DNA from: Candidatus Hydrogenedens sp.
GTDB taxonomy: Bacteria > Hydrogenedentota > Hydrogenedentia > Hydrogenedentales > Hydrogenedentaceae
NCBI GenBank assembly: GCA_035378955.1
Contig: DAOSUS010000004.1
Coordinates: 20,158 to 84,157, forward strand
Length of the DNA: 64,000 bases
Reading direction: 5' to 3'
The number at the start of each line of letters is the position of its first letter. The stretch's first letter is position 1. This document shows, one piece after another, positions 8,972 through 19,149 of this stretch. A model generated the notes under the pieces. It was not told where the DNA came from, did not search any database, and worked only from the letters and a program-made list of their open reading frames with translations. The translations under genes and the position numbers were made by a program.

Positions 8972-10093
8972 TTAACCGTTTTGCTCTGTTTCTGAAGGAG
9001 AAAAATCTGAAGGAATAGTCTGATCACCAACATCCTGAGAACTTTGTGGAATATCTGCATGAGATTCTTCTGACATTAATTGCGAGGTGTCCATAACTAC
9101 TTTTTGTTCTTGAACTTCTTTTTGTTCTTGAACTTCTTCTGAATTTGGGGTGCTATCAGAAGCACCTTCCTCTAACATCGTTTGCGGGGAATACGCATCT
9201 ATATCGTGTTCTTTGACTTCCTCCGAAGACTGATTATTTTCCCCCTTCAATTTATCCTTGTGCTGGGCATAATATGCTTTTCCATATTCGGTAATAGCCC
9301 AGATACCCCTTTCGGTGTTCTTTTCGAGAATACCTCTATTCACAAGATCTATTTTTATCCATTTCAATGTATCCTTCCAGCGAGGGATATATTTATTATG
9401 AGTAACCGGGGATAAGTCATAACTATTAAAAATATGCTTCATCTTTTCATAAACCTGTTTTGTAATTACGGAATAAGGGGCAGAGCCATTGAATTCCATC
9501 AATGTATCTAAAAGAGGGTAAATATAAGCAGATTGTGGGGTCTTCAAACCTTTTTCCAATTTTCCTGTGAATGGAAGTCTTTTTCCCGAAGAGGATTTTT
9601 TCTCTGTTTTTTCTTTTGAGTTTTCAACCACAGGGGTTTCTTGATTTTCTACCACTTCCTGATGAAGAACAACTACTTCTTCCTCTTTATCCTTTTTTAG
9701 CGGTTCTTCACTTACAAGGGGTTTTTCTTCCTCAGTCCATTCACTATCAAAAACTGCTTTTTTCTTGCCCGAAACTTTTTTCTCTAAAGAAACGGTGGTA
9801 TGTCCTTGCTTACCTACCTTTTTTTCAAGCTTTTTAGCCGTTTTTTTTTCCGCAATCATTGATTTCTTTGCCAGAATTTGGGAAGAAACTTTTTTCTTTG
9901 CTTTAACTTCTTTTACTTTTTTAGTTCCTGCTTTGGTAGGTTTCTCTGATTCAGATATTTCGGTTTTCTTCTTCATCTGAATCATCATTTCTAATGCGGA
10001 TAGTAAATACTTAACCCGTTCACTGTCCTCCTCATCAACAGCCTTTACTATCTCATTCTTAATAAACTGTTTAAAATCATCATACTCTTTCAT
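8972..10093 (-). CDS. Mrr N-terminal (winged-helix) domain protein with charged low-complexity flanks and no visible nuclease domain
   Basis: TPQSAYIYPLL..PRWKDTLKW..LVNRGIL..ERGIWAITEYGK resembles Mrr_N. RBS AGGAG lies 8 nt before the ATG at 10093. Confidence 0.7.
   Translation of the reverse strand: MKEYDDFKQFIKNEIVKAVDEEDSERVKYLLSALEMMIQMKKKTEISESEKPTKAGTKKVKEVKAKKKVSSQILAKKSMIAEKKTAKKLEKKVGKQGHTTVSLEKKVSGKKKAVFDSEWTEEEKPLVSEEPLKKDKEEEVVVLHQEVVENQETPVVENSKEKTEKKSSSGKRLPFTGKLEKGLKTPQSAYIYPLLDTLMEFNGSAPYSVITKQVYEKMKHIFNSYDLSPVTHNKYIPRWKDTLKWIKIDLVNRGILEKNTERGIWAITEYGKAYYAQHKDKLKGENNQSSEEVKEHDIDAYSPQTMLEEGASDSTPNSEEVQEQKEVQEQKVVMDTSQLMSEESHADIPQSSQDVGDQTIPSDFSPSETEQNG
9101..9136. repeat. Perfect 18-bp tandem duplication, in frame (EVQEQK x2)
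   Basis: tttttgttcttgaacttc occurs twice in tandem. Confidence 0.9.
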
Positions 10094-10276
10094 TCCATAA
10101 TCTCCTATCAATTTACCGCTTTTGTTTTTCAGACCACTTTTTTGAACAATATATTAATTATTAACAGAATATTACAAGTAACGATTAACTATCTGATTAT
10201 ATTTTAATAATATCAAGTTGTTATAGTAAAATAAAATATTGCATACTGAAAATAAAAAAGGAATAAATGTAATTAT

Positions 10277-10735
10277 ATGAAATTACAAACAACACGATTT
10301 GGTGAAATAGAAATTGATGAAAATCAAATTCTTTTATTTGTAAAACCTATTTTAGGATTTCAGAATTACCAGAAATTTATTTTATTACCGGGACCTAAAG
10401 ATAGCCCGCTATGGTGGCTGCAATCCGTAGAGGATGGTTCATTGGCTTTTCTATTGTTAGAACCTTTGCAGGTTTTACAGGGCTATCAGGTTCCGTTCAC
10501 TCCTCAGGACTTACATGAATTACAAGCTATTTCTCCTCAGGAGATTTCTATATATACATTACTTGTGGTTCCGGAAGACCCAACAAAAATCCGAACGAAT
10601 TTAAGAGCCCCCATTGTAATAAATACAAAAACAAGGTTAGCAAAGCAAATGGTATTGGACAGAACGGATTACCCTGTCCAATGGTTCCTTGCGCAACCCC
10701 AAAATGAACAACCAACCGATAGACAGGAGGTCTAA
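10277..10735 (+). CDS. fliW: Flagellar assembly factor FliW
   Basis: [27 protein letters not shown]; directly upstream of csrA. Confidence 0.95.
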   Translation: MKLQTTRFGEIEIDENQILLFVKPILGFQNYQKFILLPGPKDSPLWWLQSVEDGSLAFLLLEPLQVLQGYQVPFTPQDLHELQAISPQEISIYTLLVVPEDPTKIRTNLRAPIVINTKTRLAKQMVLDRTDYPVQWFLAQPQNEQPTDRQEV

Positions 10736-10736
10736 T

Positions 10737-10988
10737 ATGCTTGTGCTCACGCGTAAGGAAGATGAAAGCATAATGATTGGCGATAATATCGAAATCAAAG
10801 TGCTTGAATTACGGGAAAATCAGGTCAAGATAGGGATAGAGGCACCTCGTTCTATCCCTGTTCATCGAAAAGAGGTCTATCTATCAATCAAAGCGGAAAA
10901 TGAAGAGGCGGCACGGGTAGAACCCCCGAAAGAAATTCCTGTTCTTCAACCCAACAAAGGAGACCCCCAAGATGGAAATACTCATTGA
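10737..10988 (+). CDS. csrA: Carbon storage regulator CsrA
   Basis: [41 protein letters not shown]; RBS AGGAGG before the ATG at 10737. Confidence 0.97.
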   Translation: MLVLTRKEDESIMIGDNIEIKVLELRENQVKIGIEAPRSIPVHRKEVYLSIKAENEEAARVEPPKEIPVLQPNKGDPQDGNTH

Positions 10989-11607
10989 TGGTATAAAAGG
11001 ATTTCAGTTTTCGAATTCGCCGAACACCCTTCAATCTGCTTTGAATGAAATCATGAATTTTCTTAGCACCCAACAATTGGCAATGGTGAAGTTAAGAGTT
11101 AATGAACAGGAAGTATATCCGGGAAAGTCATTAGAATCTATTCAGGATATGGATGTATCTAACATACGGACATTAGAAATCAGTACCTACCCCATACCTC
11201 AGCTGGTGGAAGAAGGTATTGCAGACCTTAAATTGTATTCACCCGAATTAAGTGGGTTATGTCGTGAAATTGCTCAAGTATTTCAGAGTGAAAATCCAGA
11301 TGAAGGGTTTGACCCGTTCCAGAAGCTTTCCGCAATATGGAGCGAAATAAAAAAAAGAGAGGCACTTATAATTAATTTGTTAAGTTCCCATGTAACGGAA
11401 GAAAACCCTACTATAAAAATGATAAAAGAGCATCATGAAGATTTAAATCGGGTCCTTGAAGATGCTTATAAGTCCCTCGAAAATAACGACTGTATCGGTC
11501 TTGGGGACTTACTAGAATATGAATTAGCACCCCTTGCAGAAAAAGAACCCGAAATTGTTAGTCAATTAAAGCAATTGGTATTACAATATATTTCCAAATC
11601 AACCTAA
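10972..11607 (+). CDS. Hypothetical helical protein coupled to csrA
   Basis: 211 aa, overlapping the csrA end by 17 nt; C-terminal [11 protein letters not shown] segment. Confidence 0.7.
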   Translation: MEILIDGIKGFQFSNSPNTLQSALNEIMNFLSTQQLAMVKLRVNEQEVYPGKSLESIQDMDVSNIRTLEISTYPIPQLVEEGIADLKLYSPELSGLCREIAQVFQSENPDEGFDPFQKLSAIWSEIKKREALIINLLSSHVTEENPTIKMIKEHHEDLNRVLEDAYKSLENNDCIGLGDLLEYELAPLAEKEPEIVSQLKQLVLQYISKST

Positions 11608-11648
11608 TATGTTTTATTCCAATGTGATAAAATAAATAGAAAGGAAAC

Positions 11649-14600
11649 ATGGGACAAATTAAAATCTTGACTTTTAATTTTCACGAGCCTTACATGTGTT
11701 TAATGGCAAAAACGGGGTTTGAAATGGATTTAGGATTGTATAGTGAGGGGTTGCTTGCTCGAAAATGGAAAGCGGAATTCCGACCTAAACCTGAAAATTT
11801 ACATGAAGTTCCCCAAAATGAGTGGAGAGAACGACTTTTCAAAGGGTATTACGATATTGTAATTGCCCATAACGAAACGAATGCCTGGGATATTCGTGAA
11901 GCACCCTGCCCTAAAATTCTCGTATGTCATAATAGAAAAACCTACCTAAAAACAACACTGCCGAAAAATGACATTTCTGCTATTGAAAACTTTGAGAAGG
12001 TTTTAGGTGTTTTATCTGAATTGTTTACTTTTGTATTTATTTCTCCCTCGAAAAGAGATGATTATGGTTATCCGGGGTATGTGGTGTTGCCTGGTATTGA
12101 TATAGAAGAGTATGGGGGTTATCAGGGAAGCGAGGAAGTGATTTTACGGGTAGGTAATTATATGCAGGTGCGAAACTGGATGTTTGATTTTCCATTACAG
12201 GAAACTCTCTGCCAGGGATTACCTAATATTATTGTTGGAGAAAATCCGGGTGTTGAAAACTCAAAACCTTCCGCAAACTTTGAAGAATTGCTATCTGCAT
12301 ATCGTTTCAATCGCTGTTTGCTTCATATAACCCGTCAGGAATTTGAAGATGGATACAATCTTTCTACATTAGAAGCGATGGCTTGTGGTATGCCGGTGGT
12401 TGCATTAAGCAATCGCACTTCGCCAATTACAAATGAGGTAGATGGTTTTACATCGTTTGACCCTGCCCAATTGCGAAAATACCTTGAACTTCTTTTAGAA
12501 AATCCAGATTTGGCGAAAAAAATAGGAGCCCAAGGGAGAGAGACTATTAAAAAGAAATTTCCTATATCTCAATTTGTTGAGAATTGGCAAAAGATAATTT
12601 TAAAACAAAGTGGGAAAGAAACGACCTCTGTTTCAATCACAAAGCCATCAACAGAAACAAAACATTATCACATTTTATTAGATTATGTTACTTCCCCACA
12701 TACAACGGCTCGATATTTCGAATTCGCATTTGAAAAAGACCATGATGTTGTAACATCGGGTTTTCGATGCCCTGAAGAATTGCTTTATAAGTGGGGATTT
12801 CAAAATCCTCCTCCATATCCTCCTCAGAGAATCTCAACCTCGTTTGATGAAAAACGCATAGAGAATCTCCTCTCGGGCATTCCATCAGGATATATCTTCG
12901 ATTTCTATATCTATGTTGATTCGGGACTTAAAACAATTGACCCATTAATAGATTTGCTCAATATCCCTCGAGTGGCGTATTTTATTGATACCCACCTCGA
13001 CATACAAACACGGTTAGAAATGGCAAAACATTTTGATATTGTGTTTCTGGCTCAACAAAGTCATGTAAAAATATTCAAGGAACAGGGTATCCGTCATGTT
13101 TTTTGGTTACCTCTTGCTTGCTGTCCCGAATTATATCCTCAAAAGGAACTACCCCGTTATATTGATGTCTCTTTTGTAGGTAGTTTATCACCTGATGAAG
13201 GGGATAAAAGAAGAAGGTTGTTAATGAAAGTGGCTGAAAAATTCCCAAATCATTACATTGGTAAAAAATGGCCTCTTGAAATGGGAGAAGTCTATTCAAG
13301 AAGTAAAATTGTTGTAAATTCTGCCATTAATTATGACTTAAATATGCGGGTATTTGAAGGTATGGCAGGTGGGGCTTTACTCATTACAGATTCTGCGGAT
13401 AGTATTCTGGAATTGTTTGAAGATGGGAAAGACCTTGTTATTTACAAAAATGAAAAGGATTTAATTGAAAAAATTCATTATTATCTGGAACATGAAGAGG
13501 AAAGATACGAAATTGCTATGCAGGGGCAACAAAAGGTTTTAGGGAAACACACTTATCACCATAGATGCCAACAAATTCTTAACAAAGTTGAGGAAATTTT
13601 TAAAATTGATACAACAAAAGCAAACCGATTAGAAGTAAAACCTATAAACTATTACTCTTCTGAAAGAAGGGAGGTATTAAATTATATTCCCCAAGGAACA
13701 AAAAAGGTTCTTGATGTAGGTTGTGCTACGGGGAATTTCGGTTTAGCAATGAAACGGGAATTGGGTGTTGAAGAAGTGGTTGGGATAGAAATTGTCCCCG
13801 AAATTGCTGAAATTGCAAAGAAGGTTTTGGATACCGTATTTGTTGGAAATATCCAAACAGATAGTTTTCCTTTTGATGATAACTATTTTGATGTAATCAC
13901 CTGTTGCGATGTATTAGAACATACAGAACACCCTGAAAAGGTATTGCGAAATCTAATCCGATACCTGAAACCTTATGGCTATGTTATCATCAGCATTCCC
14001 AATGTTCAATATTGGGGTGTCATTTTTGGTCTATCTATTGGAAGATGGGATTATCGTGATTCGGGTATTCAGGATATAACTCATTTAAAATTCTATACGA
14101 AGAATACATTACAAGAATTAATTCGTAAAGCAGGGCTTCTGATTAATACTATGGAACCTCTTTCTATATCCCCTGAAAATATGATACCCCGTAAAGAAAA
14201 TGGAAACCTGCAAATAGGTAAGATTTGTATTGATAAAGTTTCTGATGAAGAGTATAGGTTATTACGCACTTTTCAGTATATTGTAATTGCACAGAAAATC
14301 CCTTCGGATATAAACGAGGTTAATGAACAAGTTCGCAAATTATTAGAATCAGGGGAAATCGGTTTATTATTTGAACTTGCGAGAACAGAAAGCGATTTAC
14401 CACTATGGAAACGATACAGTATCGAAGGGAAAGCGTATGCACACACCGGCAATCTTGTAAAAGCCCAGGAGTGTTATTTAAAAGCCATAGAAATGGACAA
14501 AAATAATGAATTATATATTGAATACGGGCTACTTATGCTGGCAATGAACCAAGTTCAAACAGCATTAGAGATATTCAATAAGGTGTTTCAGGAAGAACCG

Positions 14601-14954
14601 AAAAACATTCGTCTGCATCTTGCCATGGGGCAGGGATATTTACAAATGGGGAATATTCAAAAATCTTATGAACATCTAAAATATGCTTTCTCAAATAGTT
14701 ATGATTATCCGAGCGTTCTTGATTTGTACATTTATGTATGCGAGCAATTAGGACATATAGAGAATGTGGAAGAAACAATTAAAGCATTCATAGATTTTTA
14801 TCCCGGAGATGTTTCGCTGATATTGAAATATTCAACATTCCTGTCCAGACATGGTAGAGCACGAGAAGCAATTAATGTATTAAAGGAATATATAGAAATC
14901 TTTGGGACCAGTGATGAGTTGGAAAAGGAAGTAAAACGATTGGAATCGATATAA
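11649..14954 (+). CDS. Multidomain glycosyltransferase: GT-B (GT4-like) + CgeB-like GT + class I SAM methyltransferase + TPR
   Basis: EDGYNLSTLEAMACGMPVV; NMRVFEGMAGGALLITD..HTYHHR; VLDVGCATG..DVLEH..VIISIPN; C-terminal TPR-like helices. Confidence 0.85.
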   Translation: MGQIKILTFNFHEPYMCLMAKTGFEMDLGLYSEGLLARKWKAEFRPKPENLHEVPQNEWRERLFKGYYDIVIAHNETNAWDIREAPCPKILVCHNRKTYLKTTLPKNDISAIENFEKVLGVLSELFTFVFISPSKRDDYGYPGYVVLPGIDIEEYGGYQGSEEVILRVGNYMQVRNWMFDFPLQETLCQGLPNIIVGENPGVENSKPSANFEELLSAYRFNRCLLHITRQEFEDGYNLSTLEAMACGMPVVALSNRTSPITNEVDGFTSFDPAQLRKYLELLLENPDLAKKIGAQGRETIKKKFPISQFVENWQKIILKQSGKETTSVSITKPSTETKHYHILLDYVTSPHTTARYFEFAFEKDHDVVTSGFRCPEELLYKWGFQNPPPYPPQRISTSFDEKRIENLLSGIPSGYIFDFYIYVDSGLKTIDPLIDLLNIPRVAYFIDTHLDIQTRLEMAKHFDIVFLAQQSHVKIFKEQGIRHVFWLPLACCPELYPQKELPRYIDVSFVGSLSPDEGDKRRRLLMKVAEKFPNHYIGKKWPLEMGEVYSRSKIVVNSAINYDLNMRVFEGMAGGALLITDSADSILELFEDGKDLVIYKNEKDLIEKIHYYLEHEEERYEIAMQGQQKVLGKHTYHHRCQQILNKVEEIFKIDTTKANRLEVKPINYYSSERREVLNYIPQGTKKVLDVGCATGNFGLAMKRELGVEEVVGIEIVPEIAEIAKKVLDTVFVGNIQTDSFPFDDNYFDVITCCDVLEHTEHPEKVLRNLIRYLKPYGYVIISIPNVQYWGVIFGLSIGRWDYRDSGIQDITHLKFYTKNTLQELIRKAGLLINTMEPLSISPENMIPRKENGNLQIGKICIDKVSDEEYRLLRTFQYIVIAQKIPSDINEVNEQVRKLLESGEIGLLFELARTESDLPLWKRYSIEGKAYAHTGNLVKAQECYLKAIEMDKNNELYIEYGLLMLAMNQVQTALEIFNKVFQEEPKNIRLHLAMGQGYLQMGNIQKSYEHLKYAFSNSYDYPSVLDLYIYVCEQLGHIENVEETIKAFIDFYPGDVSLILKYSTFLSRHGRAREAINVLKEYIEIFGTSDELEKEVKRLESI

Positions 14955-14979
14955 AAGACCGAAGTAAGAGGCATGTCTT

Positions 14980-16764
14980 ATGAGTATATTTAAATCTATT
15001 GCGGAATGGCGAAAAGAAATTCCTGAAAATTACAGAAGTGAACGGGTTGAACTTATCGAGAAACGCAAGGGTATAAAAACGATTCGAGTTGGAGGGCTTC
15101 TTTATCACAGTCAATATAACCCCACAGAAGAAGCAAAAAAATTAATAGAAGCATCCTCTCTGGACAAAAAACGACCCGTCGTTGCTATCGGTTTGGGATT
15201 GGGGTATCATATACAGGAACTTATACAAAAAGAATACAAAGTTATTGTTATTGAACCTGATAAAGATATTGCATTTACCGCCATTCAAAATAACCTATTG
15301 CCTGATGATTTATTACTCGCTATTCCTGATACATTGGATTATCTTTTTAATGATTCTTTTTTTAAGGACTATCTCGATAAAATACCGCAACCTTTTTTTC
15401 ATCCTGTTGTCAGCCGTATCTATTCTGAATTTTGCGAGACATTAATCAAACGAATATCTCGGGAATGCTTCGACCGACAGCATTTCAATATTGCGATTGT
15501 AGGTCCTATGTATGGAGGCTCCCTTCCTATCACACGATATTTAAATCGGGCTTTTCGAAAATTAGGACATCAAACACTTCTTGTAGATACAGAAATAGCG
15601 TGGAATGTCTTTAATTCTATAGGCAAGACTTTGAAAACTCCCAAAATGGCTCACTCACTCGAAGATTTTTACACCAAGTTTCTTTCGGAATGGTGTCTGG
15701 CTCAGGTAATAGAATTCCAGCCAGAGATTTGTATTGTTATGGCACAGGCTCCAGTTACAAATTTATTCGTTTCGAGGTTAAATGAGCGAGGAATTGTAAC
15801 TGCATTCTGGTTTGTAGAAAATTGGCGACATCTTAGTTATTGGAAGGAAATAGCTCCCTTTTATAATTTATTTTTTCATATTCAACCTGGTGAGTTTGAT
15901 AACAAACTGGATGCTATCGGTTGCCATTGTCATTTTCCCATATTTACAGCCTGCGACCCGGAACTCCATGCCCCTGTTTCTTTAAGCCCTGATGAGGAGA
16001 AGATATATAAGTGCGACTTATCTTTCGCAGGGGCAGGATATTATAACCGTATCAAAATGTTGAAGGGACTTACGGATTACAATTTAAAAATCTGGGGTGT
16101 AAACTGGAATGAATTGGAACTACTTCCTCATGTAGTAGAAGGAAATAAAGGATTTGATACAGAAGAATATATGAAAATTGTAGCCGGTTCAAAAATTAAT
16201 CTAAATCTTCATTCCAGTGTTATTCATGAAGGAGTTGACCCCGATGCTGATGCTATTAATCCACGAGTATTCGAAATCGCCTCTGCAGGCGGATTTCAAC
16301 TTTGTGACCCCTGTAAAGGATTAGAGGATTTGTTTGATACCCAAAATGAAATCCCTACCTACACCGACCTGAAAACACTTCGGGATAAAATAGATTACTT
16401 TTTGAAACATGAGGAAGAAAGACAACAGATAGCCCAAAATGCTCAAAAATGAGCCTTGAAGGAACATACTTACGAACACCGTGCTAATCAAATGTTGGAT
16501 TATATTAAAGAATTTTTTGGTGGGAAAATCATGAGGAAGGGAATGCGTATACAGAGGACTGTCGGAGAAATTATTGAACGATATGGGAAAAATAGCCCTC
16601 TGGGGCAATGGCTTGCAACATTACCTCAAGATATACCCTTTTTACAGGAAGAAATTAATAAACATTTACCTATATTGGATGATAATACTCCATTTCCTGT
16701 TCAAGTATTTTGGTATCTGAATGAAGTTCGTGTTTTTGGTGAAAATTTATTGAGGGAGAAATAA
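14980..16764 (+). pseudogene. Maf-like N-terminus + CgeB-type glycosyltransferase interrupted by one in-frame TGA (16450-16452)
   Basis: LYHSQYNPTEEA..GLGLGYH N-terminus and NPRVFEIASAGGFQL. The frame reads AQK*ALKEHTYEHR straight into the 16456..16764 ORF. Confidence 0.8.
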
Positions 16765-16766
16765 CG

Positions 16767-18467
16767 GTGAAAATACTCATTTTGCAGACGGCAAGAATTG
16801 GAGATACGATACAGACCACTCCTCTATTTCGTCAAATTCGAACAAAATATCCGCATGCCCATATTACTGTGATGATACGAGCGATGAGTGAAGAGGTTAT
16901 TAAAGCCAATCCTGATGTAAACGATTATATTATTTACCATGAAGACCCTATTTTTTCAGATATGATTGCTCGAGATTCTGACCGATATATGAATGCCTAT
17001 AAAGAAGTGGAAAAATTAATCCTTGATTTGCGGCAACGAAACTTTGACATTGCTTACAACATAACACATAGCACCTCATCTGCTTTGCTTTTAAAATTGG
17101 CTCAAATTCCTAAGGTTATCGGGGCTCATTTGTCTGAAGATTGGCAATTTACATTAAGGGGACCCTGGACTGTTTATTTTTTCACCAGTGTTCTTTCACG
17201 GGATTACAATGATTTAAACCTATGCGATATATTTAAACTCTATGAATCTATCCCGGAACCTGTAAAAGAACTTGTTTTTGAGGTGAATTCCAATGCTATG
17301 GAATTTACAGACCATCTTTTTGCAGAATATCACATCGAACCGGAAGATTTTGTTGTATGTATGCAATTGGGTGCCAGTGAAGCCAACAAACGCTGGCCTG
17401 CAGAATATTTTGCTCAATTAGGGAAAAAATTGCATGAAAAATACAAGGCACGGATATTTCTCGTAGGGGTGCCATCAGAGGCAGAATTGGGTCAGAAATT
17501 TCAAAGGGAAGTTCCGGGTCTTGCAATTCCACTTTTTGGGAAAACGACCATACCTCAGTTGGCAGGGCTATTAAAACGCTCCCATTTATTAGTAACTAAT
17601 GATACAGGGACAATGCACCTTGCATCCGCTGTGAAATGTCCTGTAATGCTTGTATCCGTTGGTTATGTGCACTTTCGTGAAACAGGTCCTTATGGCAGGG
17701 GAAATTGTGCTATCGAATTAAGGGAACGCTCTTTTAAAATGGATATTTCTTCAAAATCTTCAGAGGTTCATCCTTTAGATAGGATACAACCCGAACAGGT
17801 CCTTAAAGCAATCGAATGGCTGTTTTCCATGCGTGAGAAAAAACAATTAGTCCAACATGAACTTACACCGGATATGGATAATGTCAATGTTCACATCTCG
17901 GAATTTGCCCCTGATGGTTGTTTACAATTCTATCCTGTTATTCGGCGGGAAATTGATGAAAAAGATTTTCTGCGTTTTGCCTATCGGTTAATGTGGCTGG
18001 AACATCTTAATGTAACCCCACATAAACAAACCGAAATTGAAAATCTCCACAAATTGTTTCAGTATTATATTGCTCCAGATACAAAAACTCTTACTATGTG
18101 GAATAAGGAATTTCGGGGTTCTTTCGAGGAATTGGCAGGAAAGTATAAGCAGGGAATTCATATTACAGAACAGTTAAAAAGCACTATAACCGATGGCAAA
18201 ATTATGAGAGCACGCGAACAAGTCAAATTATTATCAGAAATTGATGAACAAATACGAATATATGGAGAACTCAATTCCTACTTAAAACCTATTACCCTTG
18301 TTACTAAATTCGAACGCGATAATCTGGAAGGGAGTAATCCTCTGGAACTGGCAAAACAGACATTGAACATCTATCGAGGAGGCTATGAGCGTTCAACATT
18401 GATGGCAAAGAAAGTCAAAAAATGTTGTGATTACCTTCAAAACAACGAAAATAGCCTTTTAGAATAA
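16767..18467 (+). CDS. Glycosyltransferase family 9 (heptosyltransferase-like) with a long C-terminal helical extension
   Basis: QTARIGDTIQTTP, QLGASEANKRWP, LVTNDTGTMHLASAV; GTG start. Confidence 0.88.
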   Translation: MKILILQTARIGDTIQTTPLFRQIRTKYPHAHITVMIRAMSEEVIKANPDVNDYIIYHEDPIFSDMIARDSDRYMNAYKEVEKLILDLRQRNFDIAYNITHSTSSALLLKLAQIPKVIGAHLSEDWQFTLRGPWTVYFFTSVLSRDYNDLNLCDIFKLYESIPEPVKELVFEVNSNAMEFTDHLFAEYHIEPEDFVVCMQLGASEANKRWPAEYFAQLGKKLHEKYKARIFLVGVPSEAELGQKFQREVPGLAIPLFGKTTIPQLAGLLKRSHLLVTNDTGTMHLASAVKCPVMLVSVGYVHFRETGPYGRGNCAIELRERSFKMDISSKSSEVHPLDRIQPEQVLKAIEWLFSMREKKQLVQHELTPDMDNVNVHISEFAPDGCLQFYPVIRREIDEKDFLRFAYRLMWLEHLNVTPHKQTEIENLHKLFQYYIAPDTKTLTMWNKEFRGSFEELAGKYKQGIHITEQLKSTITDGKIMRAREQVKLLSEIDEQIRIYGELNSYLKPITLVTKFERDNLEGSNPLELAKQTLNIYRGGYERSTLMAKKVKKCCDYLQNNENSLLE

Positions 18468-18543
18468 AACCTTTTTTTATTTTGTTATAAATCCGAACCT
18501 TAAAGATGAGAAAATTGTAACTATACAAAAAGGAGTATAAGTT

Positions 18544-19146
18544 ATGGATGTTTTTGAAGCCGTTGAACAACGAAGAGCCGTAAAGCATTTTGACTCCAAT
18601 CACAAAATGACAGAGGAAGAGATCAAAAAGTTAATGTCTGCGGTACTTTTATCTCCGACATCGTTTAATATACAAAATTGGCGTTTTGTGATAGTGCAGG
18701 ACCGCGAATTACGGCAAAAAATTCGTGAAGTAGCATGGAATCAATCGCAGGTAACCGATGCTTCTTTACTTGTTGTTCTATGTGCAGATGTAAAATCATG
18801 GGAAAAACAACCTGAACGATACTGGAGAAATGCACCGGAAGAGATACAGAATTTCGTTGTCCCCGCCATTGCCCAATATTATCAGGGACGAGAAGAGGTT
18901 CAGCGAGATGAGGCTATGCGTTCTTGTGGTATTGCAGGACAAACCTTAATGTTATGTGCAAAAGCAATGGGATATGACTCCTGTCCTATGGTTGGTTTTG
19001 ATTTTGATGCTGTAGGTAAATTAATAAATCTTCCACCTGACCATGTAATTTCTATGATGATTGCGGTAGGTAAAGCCATTAAACCTGCCTGGCCTCGGGC
19101 GGGACAACTTCCCTACGAAGAAGTTATCATTAAAGATAAGTTTTAA
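18544..19146 (+). CDS. Nitroreductase family protein
   Basis: RRAVKHFD, SPTSFNIQNWRFV, GYDSCPMVGFD. Confidence 0.93.
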   Translation: MDVFEAVEQRRAVKHFDSNHKMTEEEIKKLMSAVLLSPTSFNIQNWRFVIVQDRELRQKIREVAWNQSQVTDASLLVVLCADVKSWEKQPERYWRNAPEEIQNFVVPAIAQYYQGREEVQRDEAMRSCGIAGQTLMLCAKAMGYDSCPMVGFDFDAVGKLINLPPDHVISMMIAVGKAIKPAWPRAGQLPYEEVIIKDKF

Positions 19147-19149
19147 CGA

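Noticed and set aside
8762-10200. Integrated element at the tRNA-Leu(AAG) 3' end
   Set aside because: No integrase or transposase, and I found no second copy of the tRNA 3' end in the window.
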